Translations under genes and position numbers: made by a program
Part shown: in pieces, positions 1-12,105 of the stretch
How the letters are laid out: each line of letters starts with the position of its first letter
How positions within the stretch are numbered: the first letter of the stretch is position 1
The notes under the pieces: generated by a model
Told to the model about the DNA's origin: nothing
Database searches by the model: none
Seen by the model: only the letters and a program-made list of their open reading frames with translations
NCBI RefSeq assembly: GCF_026210795.1
Contig: NC_089431.1
Span: 1 to 64,000, forward strand
Direction of reading: 5' to 3'
Source of the DNA: Rhizophagus irregularis
Taxonomy: Eukaryota
DNA length: 64,000 nucleotides

Positions 1-651
1 AAATTTTTTTCAATTTCCTCATAAAATTTTTCTTCTTGCAAATCTTGGTATACATATTTTAATGCCGCTTTTGCATTGGTAATATAATAGGCATGTAATT
101 TTGCCATATTTTGTATACGATCAATTCCTAATCTTTAAAAATTATTAAATTATTATTAGTTATATGGAATTTATATAATTCAAAATTATGATTAACTACC
201 TGATTCTTCGTTTATTCATCATCCATCCTAATACTGAAAAAATTTGTTCACAACCAGCATTATGCGGCCTTATTGAAAAAATTTTAAAAGCTAAATCTTG
301 AATGTAATTTTTTTCATCATTTTCTTCATATGTCATACTCCACCAACTTTGAACTGTATATATTTCATCAATAAATTGATGATCATATGGAGCTTTTCTA
401 TTTCTGTAATTTGAAAACTGACCAATCAAAATCTGACTAGAATTTTTTTCTCCACCCATTTTAAGCCATATTTCTCGAATGCCATATTCAATTACTTTGC
501 GAAAAGTGCTTGTTTTCATTCCCTCACCTTAATATAAATAAAATATAAATAGTTAAAAAAAAGTTGATTAGTTTATTATTAAACATTTTTTAAAAAAATC
601 AATTCATTAAAAAAAAAAATTTAATTGCTGCGATATTTTGGATGTAATATA

Positions 652-1600
652 CAGACCCCGGCGAAAAGAATGGCGGTCAGTTTTTTTGATATCACGAATG
701 TAATCTATAGTAAAATGTGAAATATTTTTTTATTTTCTGAAAGAGGAACAGAAAATACATATATTTCATTATTTAAATAACATTTGATATGATCATCTTC
801 CCGTGTCAATAAATGCTTTAATTTATTATTGCATACTATTCGCACTCTTAACCAGCGTTATTTTGTTATGATATTTTAATATTTTCTTAACTTTCTCGCC
901 ATCCAGAGGTCAGATTGAGACAAATTTACCACCATTGGATTCCTCTTGACTATGTGGTTTGAATGGTGGTCTCAAAATTACTGTGTAGCATCTGTGTAAT
1001 GTGATAGTTCAAGTATAATAGCTGCAGTATTATGAATTTTTATGTTGTATAAAGATAATCATTTCTAAAAGCAATATAAAAGCTCAATAATATAATAAAA
1101 GACCATTATTTAAATCTCGTAATTGCAAGAAATCTAATAGTTGAAATTTTGTTTCAATACAAGCTTTGGTTCATTTAAAAGAGAAGTTTAAACTTTTTAT
1201 TTCAAACTTTCATACCAAATTCAAAAAAATTATTAGTAGTATTTCTCTGTGATAATGTGATATAACTAAATGCAATTATAATATTTGGCAGTTAAAAGTA
1301 AGTGGTTTTTTTTAAAAAAAAATTGGAATTTATTATTATGTAGGATTTTGAGCATTTTAAAAAAATTCATAGCAAATTATTATGCTCCGATTTCTATTAA
1401 ATTTATAACTTCTTGGTTTTTTAGAAGGTAAAATAGGTGTAAAAACAATAATAAATTTTCATTTTTTTTTATTGCTTTTTAAAATAGTATTCTAAAAATC
1501 CATTGGACATTTACAAGTTTTAATTTAAATAGGAAAATTCTGATCTCATATCCAAAATAACAAATGATACTCGCACCGCCATTCTTTTCGCCGGGGACTG
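652..1600. mobile_element. Tc1/mariner-type non-autonomous element (TA TSD)
   Basis: 26-bp TIR CAG(A/T)CCCCGGCGAAAAGAATGGCGGT at both ends, flanked by TA. Removing it restores hAT codons ..YMLAFILHPKYR. Confidence 0.93.
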
Positions 1601-3238
1601 TAAATGCAAGCATATATAATTCAATATCAAATTGCTTCTAACGCTTATTAAAAATTTCAATGCATTCTTTACGAAATGATATTTGACGTGTTTCAGGTAA
1701 ATCTTTAATAGCAGCATAAAGCTTAATTATTTCAATAAAACAATCGGCCAAGGTGGTAGATTTGAATTCAAGACATTTTAATGCTTTTTTAATTGGTTCA
1801 ATAATTGATACCAATTCTTCTAAATCAACATAAAAATGCCGATTAGAAATAATTTTTTTAATATTATTGTTTAACGTATCAGCATCTTGTACTGCAATCT
1901 GTTCATTATAATACAATTAAAATTAGTAATAATTAATAAATAATAAAAATAAATAAATTAATTTATTTGATAAAGTAAAATTAGTACTTAATACTTACAT
2001 TTTTTAAAATGGTTTCACAAGATAAAACAGAATTTGCACAATCAAACGCTGTAGACTAACGTGTTTTCACATATGATTTCAACCCTCCGCCTTTTACCAT
2101 ATTTTCCAATATTTCTGTACGCAAAGTCTCTCCAGCTTTGTGAGAAGTTTTAAAGAATCTGACAATCTTTATGCATTTTTTTAAAAGATTTTCTGCGAAA
2201 GGCAATTTACATATATCAGTGGTAATTAAATTAATTTGATGATCAATGCAACGAATTGGCATTATATTTTCATATTTTTCATTAACGAGTTTTTTTGCTT
2301 TAACCATAGAAGATGCATTATCAGATACGACCGCAGAAAATTTTTCTGCGCCCACTGATTCAATTACTTCAATTATTTTTTTGGCAATATATTGACTGGT
2401 ATGCGATTCTTTAGAAAGATTTTGAATTGAATGAATAAATTCTTTTCCACTTTTAGTGAAAATGATGAATGCGTAGAATGATTGTCCTACTGGTGACGTC
2501 CAACCATCTAACCCTTTATTATTATATAAAATTAAATATTAAATATTAAGTAATTTTTTTAATATTATTTAAATAATAATTTATATATTAAATATAAATA
2601 CCCAACGTCAAACAAGTTTCATTTTCAAGTATCCCATTGATTTTTATTTGGATATGTGATATTTCCGAATTAAGCATATTTGCAGACAATTGTTGCCGTG
2701 AAGGAAGTGAATATGCTGGGCATAATATCTTAATAAAATCTACGAAAAATGGATGTTGTACTAAATGAAATGGTATTCCGCAACAAACAAATAATTTTAT
2801 AAGAGCCTGATTGGCCATTTGTACTTTTGAATTAGCTATTTTAAGTGAATCATAATGTTCGTCAATTCGTTGTTGATTATCATAATTGCTCTTTATTTTT
2901 TTTGAGGATCTTTCATTATCATTGATTGAATCATTTGAATGACCTAAATTTCCTCGATTTCGAATAATGTTCATGTATTTTTCTTTGATTTGATAATCAA
3001 CTTTAATACACCGAAGACCAATATGAGTCTCAAGTTCATCCGTTTTTGCATTAGCCTTTTTTTCCCAACCACATACTTTACACTTAGCACCACAATGACC
3101 TTGAACTCGTGCGCCAATTTCTATAAAAAGGTCCAAACATCATTTTTCGGTCTTCCCGGCTTCCTCTTTTTAGATATCTCTGCATCATTTGTATCATCTT
3201 TATCATCGGTATTTGGCGCTAAAAGTTCTGCTGCTGCT

Positions 3239-3459
3239 AGGACTCCAAAAAATACATAAAAAGGTCACATTTAAGTTTGCTTAAAAAGAACCTAAATTTT
3301 CATGAAAATCTTGCCTTTTTTAGATAGTGCTGGTCTAAATTTTATTGTCCGTTTTGATACTGGTTAGCATTATCATAATTCTGGCCCTGAAAAGTTGCTT
3401 ATTTTAGGCCAAAATCTTGCCGATCATTTATGACTTCCATATGTATTTTTCGGGGTCCT
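3239..3459. mobile_element. MITE, AGGA(C/T)CCCGAAAAATACATA family, 8-bp TSD
   Basis: TIR AGGACTCCAAAAAATACATA / TATGTATTTTTCGGGGTCCT; perfect TSD CTGCTGCT (3231-3238, 3460-3467). Confidence 0.9.
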
Positions 3460-3744
3460 CTGCTGCTTGTTCAGCTGTCATTTTACCTTTTAAAATGTTT
3501 TAAACAGTTATTCACAAAATTTATTCTTTGTATTCTTTGTTCATGAAATATGTATTTATGGTAAGACGAATTTTTATTGGTGTTAATAAATTTCTTAATT
3601 TAGATATTAATATTTAACGCCATTTTTGAATTAGTGTAATCAGGTGATTATCGATCAATTATAAAAAAAAACCACACGAAAACAACTGAAACAATACCAA
3701 AATAAATAAGAAATAATCTTATACAATAATAATTAGGTTTTATT

Positions 3745-4990
3745 TAATTTAAGTACCCTTTATTTGCTCAAATATCCTGAAGTACCGATCGCTTACAAAA
3801 AAAGAAAACTGAAATAATTGGTAATTGTTTGATTTGTTTCATTAGCCGGATAATACTGATGCTTTGATATTTTATTCACATTACTAATTTGGTCACAAAA
3901 TTTACCAAGTAAAATTTCAGGTTATTTTTTGAAGGGAATAGGAGGCACTGCTGTACGGTAAAGATCACAAATGCTTGATTGGTCAAAACGGGATGGTTCA
4001 ATACAATACATTGATGTTTTCTAAAAAGTCGGAATGATGGGATGGGAAGAGTATTTGAAATTGTTGACAGCTTTATAAAGGAAGGAGCAAAGTTTGGAAA
4101 GAAATAATAATTCAAATTAAGTTCAAGGATCTATACCGGTAGTGAAAGTATTCTATAATTTATCAAATATATTGATCTCAAATAAATGAATATTTAATTT
4201 GGATCTCAGTTATAATATCTTGAAAATCCCTTACCCATCCAAATATCGCGAATACCAGTTGTCTACAAAAAACATGAAATAATTAGTAATCATTTCGTTA
4301 ATAAAGAAATGAATCAAAAAAAATGAACCTGACTCGCTCAAATATCCCGAATACTGATCGTCTATAAAGACGAAAAAAAGAAACAATTAGTATTAAATTG
4401 TTTCGTTAAAGAATATTCAAAGAATCCCCTCATCAATTACCATGAAATCAAGTATCCTGAAGTACCGATTGCCTACAAAAAAAAAATAAAATAAACGAAA
4501 CAATTAGTAATCATTTTGTTAACAAAAGAAATATAAATTATTTTAAAAAAAAACCCTCACCTAGTCAAGTATCCCGAAATATTGATCGTCTACAAAAAAG
4601 AAAATAAACGAAACAATTAATAATCATTTCATTATTAAAGAATTCTTTAAAAAGAACTCACATCCGTTCAAATATCCTTGCCCAAAGACTCGAAAATTCG
4701 GCCGTCTAAAAAAAGAAATATCAGAACTTAGTAAATGTTCTGTTAAAATAAATAACTAAGGTAAAATAATAAATACCCTTACCGAAATTTCCATGCGCCT
4801 GTTCAGACCGTCTAAAAAATGGAAGGAAACGAATGTTAGTGACCTTCGCTAAAAGAAACAAATTAAATTAAAAAAAAATACTTACAAAGGAGTTTGAAGA
4901 AACCAACTAAAAAAAAAAACGAAACGTCAATAAACGTTTTATTAACGTTTCATTAAAAATTATAAAAAATTCGAAGTTTTACCTTCGAAA
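3745..4990 (-). repeat. Degenerate tandem array of micro-exon/intron cassettes
   Basis: On the minus strand: repeated ACTAA(C/T)..poly-T..TAG | 28-44 nt | GT(A/G)A(G/T). Example exons 4235-4262, 4441-4472, 4561-4589, 4783-4811. Confidence 0.75.
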
Positions 4991-5532
4991 ACCTATATAA
5001 CCGGCCTGAAACTTGTATAACAAAATTTTTGAAATTTAAAACAGGTTCTGGGCTTGTTTTAAAAGCCATTTAATCCATAAAATCATTGATAATATTGAAA
5101 GCTGTGACAATGGAGATTCGGAAATTTGTTGATAGGAAGGACTGTGATTTTAATCAATAAATAGATTTATAGCAAAAATCAGTTAATTTTCAGATGCTTC
5201 CGATTATCGATCATGCAAGTTGACTATCAGTTTACCTGTGTAAGTAAAACTACTATGCAAAATTCGTAATTAATTACATATTTCCGTAATTATTTACGCA
5301 TTTCCGTAATTATTTACGTATTTCGTAATTAATTACGTATTTCGTAAAATTGGACGAATATTCCGAAATATTTACAGCAATTAAGAAATACGTAATTCCT
5401 TATTACGAAATTAATTTCGGCTACAACTATAGCGAAAATGCCAATCAGGCACCAATCGGCCACCAATTAGGTACCAATCAGCTACCTGATTGGTAACCGA
5501 TTGGTGCCTGATTTTTCACTTTTCGACCTGTG

Positions 5533-5738
5533 TAGTTTTGTCAAAATTTTACTATAGATTTATTATAGTTTCGGCAGAGTTTTGGCAGTTTCAGCATTTA
5601 TAATAAGTTTCGGCAGTTTCGCCTTTCTCCAAAGTTTTGCCAGTTTTTTAATATAACTTTAATAAAGTTTTGGCAGAATTTCACTTTTTGGCGAAACGCC
5701 ATCTTGTCTAAACCTCTAGGTTTCGGCAAGCAACCTTA
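5533..5738 (-). mobile_element. Truncated copy of the TAAGGTTGCTTG MITE (full copy at 44261-44504)
   Basis: Reverse complement aligns by eye along its length to 44261-44466; only one TIR is present. Confidence 0.85.
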
Positions 5739-6087
5739 GCATATATGCACCTAAAAACTGCAGGTGTGCTTGAACGTGACAGGTGCAGCTTATTTTAAAT
5801 GGCAGATCAACTGGGATGACAGATGCATTTTATTTTAGACAGGTGTGGGCAACTTTTGACTGAAATTTGGAAAATTTTATAGGTTTACACAGATTTTATT
5901 AAAACCTTTTCCAAAATAATATAGTATACAAAAAAAAAACTAAAATAAAATAAAAAAAAATAACTTGATATTCAATTCCTGTATCAATTTATCTTTTTAC
6001 CAAATTCATATTGATTTCATTATTTTCTTGAATTTTTGTTTTTCAAGACTATTTAATAAATTTTGAATATTATTCATTAGTTGCAGC

Positions 6088-6248
6088 AGGACCCAGAATT
6101 ATGATAATGTCAGTCGGTTACTATAATAGGAAATAAAATTCTGACTGGAATTATCAAAACTTATCTAAAAAGGAAAGATTTTCATGATTTTTTTAGTTCA
6201 AAATATGCAAACTCAAACCTGACCCTTTTATATATATTTCTGGGTCCT
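6088..6248 (-). mobile_element. MITE related to 3239-3459
   Basis: TIR AGGACCCAGAA/TTCTGGGTCCT; interior is a reverse-complement homologue of 3239-3390; imperfect flanks GTTGCAGC/GTTGCACA. Confidence 0.75.
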
Positions 6249-6249
6249 G

Positions 6250-6605
6250 TTGCACATGTTCTAGGACATTTCACGTTTAATAAAGTACGCCAAAAGAACC
6301 TGCTGGTATAATCATCAAAAAACAATTTTTTTATTGTTTGAAGCAAAATTTGCCGATTCTATCAACACAAGGGATCCTTCCAATATCTGATGTTCGAATT
6401 CCTGATCCAAAAACGGAAGCATTCATTAAAAAAGTTCTGATTGTTAGAACACTGTGGGCCTTTTTTCAAAAAAGCGAAGAATACAAGACTTATAGAAGTA
6501 TTATCTTTTCAAGATGTTTTACGTGAATTAAGAAATCGATCGTTATCTGAAAAAACTGAAATAATTGCACTTTTGAAGTGGTGCATATCTTATAGGTCAG
6601 AGGGT
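6250..6605 (+). pseudogene. Frameshifted coding fragment, resembling fungal DUF3684-type large proteins
   Basis: Joined frames read AHVLGHFTFNK..KQNLPILSTQGILPISDVRIPDPK..EHCGPFFKKAK..LSFQDVLRELRNRSLSE..IIALLKW. Family assignment is from memory. Confidence 0.45.
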
Positions 6606-6837
6606 AATACGAAATAAGTTGTTTCTTTATAAAGTATCCTTGAAAATAGAGTACTTATACATTGATGTTACAAAAGTTAATTACATGTAGGAAATGATAA
6701 TTTATTATGTTAAAATGAATAAATAATATAATTTAGTTATTAATACATAAATAAATAATGACCAGTCTTATTGTTAAATTGCATTTTTTATGATTCCGAT
6801 TTATCTATTATTTTTCCCACTGTTTCATTCATTGTGG

Positions 6838-7679
6838 CTATCTTTTTTTCATTTCTTTTATTTTTTTTGATATTTCACTCAAAATTTTCTCCCCATTTTC
6901 GAGCTTATCATTAATCACTTCAAGCTTGTTAACAACCTCCTCAAGCTTACTTTTGGCTATTTTGAACTCATAATCATCCTCCCATGGAATCAGAATTTTT
7001 TCTTTTTCAAGCTTAGTAGCCCACTCATCAACATCTTCAGCGGAGGCTCTATAAATAACCGTAGTAGGTGAAGGACTGTAGGCAGATTGATTAATAACTT
7101 CTGATATTAATGATACCATTAAATTGAAAGTGTATAAGTAAGTGCATTCATTCGTACATACATTCTAAACATTGGCATGATCTTGTCACACAGTTCAAAT
7201 TCTGCCATTAATTCCACCAACTCCATAACCCATATTGTGTGCGCTTTCTTACATGTTATTTTGTAACTATCGCTTATAATCGCGACTATTAACGAAAAAA
7301 AATGTTAGATGTTGTTAAAAACAATGAAAGAAAATTTTTATTACATACTTAAAATATTAAACAGTACGATTGCTGTGCTTAATGAGAAAACAATCATGAA
7401 GATATCTAGCAGGTAATTATTTGTCCATGGTTCCAGAGAACTATAATTATTTAGAAGCATTGACCAGCTATTTTTAAGTGATTGATAAAAGCCCGTAAAT
7501 GTATTGGCTCCATTATCAGTTAAGGTATCTGACAAGAGAACCATTAATGAATGAGCAGAGGCAAATAGCACAAATATTAAAAATACAAGAAACCATCTAA
7601 TCTTCTTAAGGATATATGCGAAAACTTTGCATTGTAAGAAAAGATCAGTAAATTTGTCAATTTGTAGGACAGTAACCAT
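6838..7679 (-). pseudogene. 3' fragment of a TRP-like cation channel gene (S5-pore-S6 and C-tail)
   Basis: Hydrophobic helix FLVFLIFVLFASAHSLMVLL, pore-like NTFTGFYQSLKNSWSMLLNNYSSLEPW, S6 IFMIVFSLSTAIVLFNIL, then an intron and a coiled-coil tail. The N-terminus is absent. Confidence 0.65.
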
Positions 7680-7744
7680 TATAAATTAATTTTATGATGT
7701 GTGGTTACTACATTGAGAAAATGTTTCATGCCTTTATAGTAAGA

Positions 7745-8048
7745 TTCATTTCGCAAAAATTCTTCGGTATATTCATAAAAATTCAAAAAAATTCGTTATA
7801 AAAAATAATTCTTCGGTATAATCATAAAAAAATCAGAAAAAATCCGTTATAAAAAAAATCCGTTATAAAAAGGATCATTTTATATAAGCATGTTCACACA
7901 CTTTATTTCGTTAAACGTTGTACGAAATTTAATTAGTAAGGTTCGGTTTGACAAGGTTTTTTTCATATGTCAAAATCTGTACCACGCTAAAGATCCGCTA
8001 TATCGTGTTATTCGTTATATCAAAATTCGCTATAAAAAGGGCAGACTG
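7745..8048. mobile_element. Partial pogo/Tc1-like MITE (one end)
   Basis: Repeated (T/C)CGTTATA motifs end in ..GCAGACTG followed by TA, the same style as 56823-57342. Left TIR not found. Confidence 0.45.
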
Positions 8049-8089
8049 TATATCAAGCATAAACAACAATATTATAATATTACACAGGC

Positions 8090-9697
8090 ATGCAGTCCGA
8101 AATAGATTCATTGAGACAGCGCATTACCGAGCTTGAGGCTGAGAAAGCTGAACTCGAGGCTAAGAATTCTGAGCTTCTAAAGCGGGTTATAGAAGAGACC
8201 GCCAAATACAAAGCTGAGAATGTTGAGCTCAAGGCTAGAATCGAGGAGCTAGAGAAAAATAAGATGGAAACTGCTGAGCTTAGAGATAGATTTACGATAG
8301 TAGAGCAGAGACAGATGCTAAATGAGTCGGTCCCTCTGGGACTTCCAAAAGGAAATAATTCTTCTGATAAAGATTCATCTAATTTCAATTTCTCATCCAC
8401 GAGCGTGATTGAGGAGAAGTCGTCGGAGGAGAAAGATATAGATAAATTCTTGGATGATGCACATAAGAAAAGTGTTGCTGATAATATTAGGCGATGCAAT
8501 AAGGAGAAAAAATTCAGCGTGAGACGGGTATCCAAGATGTAGCGCCTGACCCTGCATGTACTTCCTCGGAATCACCTCGTGAAATAGAAGATCATACTCA
8601 AAATGCCATTGCGATAGATTCGAAAGTATCATGTGATATAAAAACTATTAGCGATCAAGATAAATCGGGGTCGCAGTTTACTACAGGTAAACACCTATTA
8701 TCCCAGATTGATTCCGTTAAAGATAAGACGGAATCGTCTATGAAACAATCATCACAAAACTTGGCTTCCTCAAGTATAGTAACCGAATTCGCACAAAGTT
8801 TGTTGGAAGAACTACTCTCGTCCGACAGTCAACTTCAGGAACCTATAAAGTTTTCTCCTAATTCCTGGATCGATAAGTATTAAGAGACTTGCCGATTTAT
8901 TCTGCCAATCGGTTGTTACAAGAAAAAAAACTATCATAGCAAAGCGAACGGAGATTTCATCTTGGGGTCGCTTCTCCGAAAGGTTCGAAGATAAGGTCGA
9001 GGAGCTCTGGTTAGAAAATAAGAAACTTACAGATCAGACCGCAAGAAAGCAGATCTATAACGAAATGAAGCCGTACCTTACTGGCAATTCCGTCCGATGG
9101 GTATTTACGTGTAATGACCTGTAAGGCAAGAAAAGTTAATAAGTTATTTGGATATGAATATGATCCTGTAACTCTGAAAAAGATTAAAGGTATAGGGCGG
9201 CATATGGCTCAGCGGGTCACTTGCAGTGCTGATAGTATTTCAAGGTTCACTAATCCCCAAATCGATTATATTATAGAACAAGTCAATTCGAAGACAATCA
9301 CTGATCAGAGTAGTGTAGACGAAATCTTCGAGACCGTAGCTACTACTTCAATTCATGACTCAGATGATAATTTTAGTAACACCTCGGATGATACAGTTTA
9401 TTTTAAAGAAGGGACGAATGAATCGATTGAAGAGGTCTCTAAAAAGTCTGAAGTAAATGCATCAACTAAGCCCACACCAGCTAAGGTAAATACCCTTTGC
9501 TTCAACGCCTTCGGCCAGGACCAGATAATACGCACGATGGCGACTCCAATTCATGTAATGATGACTCTTGATCCCGATAGTAATTCTGGAGATGAGAACG
9601 CGATAGAGGATATTACTATCGTGACGGAAGATACGAAAGGAGAGGGTCCCCAATGATGAGTCCTATTATAACCGCCTAGGGAATTATCGCATACTTT
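8090..9697 (+). pseudogene. Fragmented N-terminal coiled-coil hypothetical gene (multicopy family)
   Basis: MQSEIDSLRQRITELEAEKAELEAKN.. heptads; downstream frames continue (..KARKVNKLFG..GIG..SADSISRFTNPQIDYII) through several frameshifts. Paralogous to 17522-19107. Confidence 0.7.
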
Positions 9698-10085
9698 AGT
9701 ACCGGACTATCCTATAAGTTTTTTTTCGAGTCCCGTGGGTGGCTTAGATATCGTGCACAGTAAAACGTCATTTATTCTTCTCCGCAGTAATACACTGCTA
9801 TGCAATTCGTGTATAATCAAAATATTTCACGATGATTCAAATTTTTAGATATTGGTCAGAAAATAATTACAGATTAACCGATGTTACATACTTCGGAGTA
9901 CTGATTTATAAAACGCGTTATCAATTAATAATCAGTGAAGTTTAATAGTTTAATACAACGCGTTCACATAATTACATAATTAATGAAGCTTATTATTCCA
10001 AATCAATAAAGTCAATAAATTTATAAACCTCTCCATAAAAATCGTATTTCATTCTATCTTAATTCCTCTAAATCAAAACGACAAT

Positions 10086-12105
10086 ATGTCCAATATTTAC
10101 GAAATAATAGATAGTCTTAATCTCGGAGAAGCTGAAACTCACAAGATACAAATTAACCTAATTAATAATCCCGAAAAAGAAGAAAGGTTACTTTTTGCCC
10201 TCACAAACAAAAACAATGATGCTAAAACGAGATTTTTAGAGAGTTTCCTTGAAACTATACCTGGTATGTTAGATAAAATATCTGCCGTTATACGCAATGT
10301 CTAACCTTTTTTTTGTTCTTTATCACATGCCGTGGATTTAGATGAACATCAAGGTAAGCCTTTGCGTCGTAATGATTGGTCAACTCGAACGTGACGCGCT
10401 AACCTTGATAGGCGTCAATCTTCTTTTTTCTTTCCTGCGTTGATATCCTTAAACAAAATTTTTTCTTGTAGTCTTAAAACGGTCCCTAGAAGAAATAACC
10501 GAGGTCAAGAAGAAGGTTCGACTTCTCGAGAATGAGCTTTACAAAACTAAGTTTACTGTCACAGTTACGCATGAAGTTGGAAAGAATGTCTTAAATACTG
10601 CAAGCCCTACCCTTAACGAAATCTTCTCTTTTTTGAAAAGCGAAACACCAATATCACTCGATAGTTTAGATACAACGAGTTTACCGCAGTATTGTAAGAA
10701 CGAAGATGAAGTGCAGAAAAAATTCATAAAGTTCTTCAACTCTTTAAAGGGACGAATTAAATGCAATATCATTGATACGTCAACTTCAAACTGGCTAAAG
10801 GACCCTATTGGAAAGATTGATATTTCTATCATTGATGGATCACAAGTTTTGTGGGCTCATCTTATATCTGGAATCGAGATCAAACAATCGCTAAAAAACA
10901 CTACCTTATATCACGAGGCAATCGGACAGCTCGTAGACCGTTTTCAAACCGTTTTCCGAATGCAACGTGGACGACGCTTTATTATCGGCGCTGTTTGTTG
11001 TGATAACCTTATAGAGTTCATATACGCTAATTCCGAACTTAAACTTAAACGTTCGGGCTTATTGGAACTCAGTTTTACCAAACAGACAACAGGAATGCAA
11101 ATGCTACTAAACATGTTGAGTTCGAATCAACATCAGCTCGGCTACTCTCCACCCAAAGATCATGAAGCGTTGGTCGGTACTTCAGGCTTTACCTATGAAA
11201 ACGTTCTTCGACAAGCAGATAACGGACGAGGATCACTTGTTTTCTCCGGCTTTATAAATTCAAAAAAAGCCGTTCTTAAGGCCTCTATGGATCTCAATAA
11301 TGAGCTGAAGATGCTTGAGATTCTTAAAGACTGCGAGTACATTCCCCAAGTCATTAACAAAGGATTACTTTCAGATGGCAGAATGTATGTTCTGATTTTC
11401 ATGTGAAATCATCAAAAGTATTTTAATTGATCATTTTCATGTAGGTTCATTGTGACGACACCGGCTGGTGTACATCTCGAAGCCAAAAAGCACGGTGTGA
11501 AAGGGACTTTAAAGGCTTTGCGGGATGTTATGAAAGCTTTAAAGTTTTCTCATGAACATCACATTTATCATCGTGATGTTTCATATTTAAATATCGTATA
11601 CAAAAATCAAAGAGGCTATCTTATCGATTGGGGTGTAGCATCGAATACTTCTGACTTAGTTAATGCTCCATTGACCGGAACTTATCTATTTTCTTCTCTT
11701 CCGGTATGTTTATCCACTTATTATTTGTGCAATAATATATGTAATTTCATACCATTTCAAATTTAGGTTTTGAACTGTTTTGAATCTGGAGTTCCTCACA
11801 CATATTCGGTTAATGATGAAATCGAATCCTTGTTCTATGTATTCATGTACATAGCTTGTGATGGAATCGTGCGCTGGCGAAAGCATTCGGATTTGTCAAC
11901 AAGTGTCGCAATAAAATATAATGTGATGATCTGCCCGTTTGAATTTGGAAGGCACTTGGTCAAGTATGCTTATGGTGAATTTCACGAATATTTATTAAAA
12001 TTTCGCGACATTATTTTTCCATATGGTAGTGATCTTGAAAAAAGAAACATATCGATTGAAGAAATTATTGAAATTTTCGGAGATTGGATAAATGAACTTG
12101 AATAG
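10086..12105 (+). CDS. PD-(D/E)xK-like domain + FunK1 (fungal-type) protein kinase, 5 exons, apparently intact
   Basis: Exons 10086-10263, 10342-10353, 10472-11384, 11445-11703, 11767-12105 splice in frame with GT-AG. Motifs KIDISI..IEIK..AIGQL, AVLK, HRDVSYLNI, LIDWG, TGTYLF, DEIESLFYV. Confidence 0.88.

Larger units (their letters stand above)
1..3481 (-). pseudogene. hAT-superfamily transposase pseudogene (BED finger, DUF659-like core, hATC dimerisation region), multi-exon, runs off window start
   Basis: Motifs GRPKNDVW-F..CKVC..H...C (BED), CCGIPF..V..PFF, DGWT, VVSDNASSM, RCIDHQINL, TR(W>*), LAF-ILHP, LAFKIFSIRPHNAGCEQIFS. Disrupted by insertions at 652-1600 and 3239-3459, a 1-nt frameshift near 3130 and TAG stops at 2056 and 1638. 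ATG at 3481 is in frame once the 3239 insertion is removed. Confidence 0.9.
1..5431 (-). mobile_element. Probable extent of the hAT element carrying the above transposase; 5' terminus near 5431
   Basis: Clustered ATTACG/CGTAAT subterminal repeats at 5265-5410 end in a TATAGTTGTAGCCG-type end on the minus strand. The other end is outside the window, so no TSD check is possible. Confidence 0.5.

Noticed and set aside
5435..5532. CACAG-type terminus with CCAATC repeats
   Set aside because: Only one end and no partner or TSD in the window; not callable.
8080..8535. Antisense ORFs, also 30735-30998, 51744-52163, 53021-53422 and 53858-54421
   Set aside because: Shadows of real coding sequence on the opposite strand.
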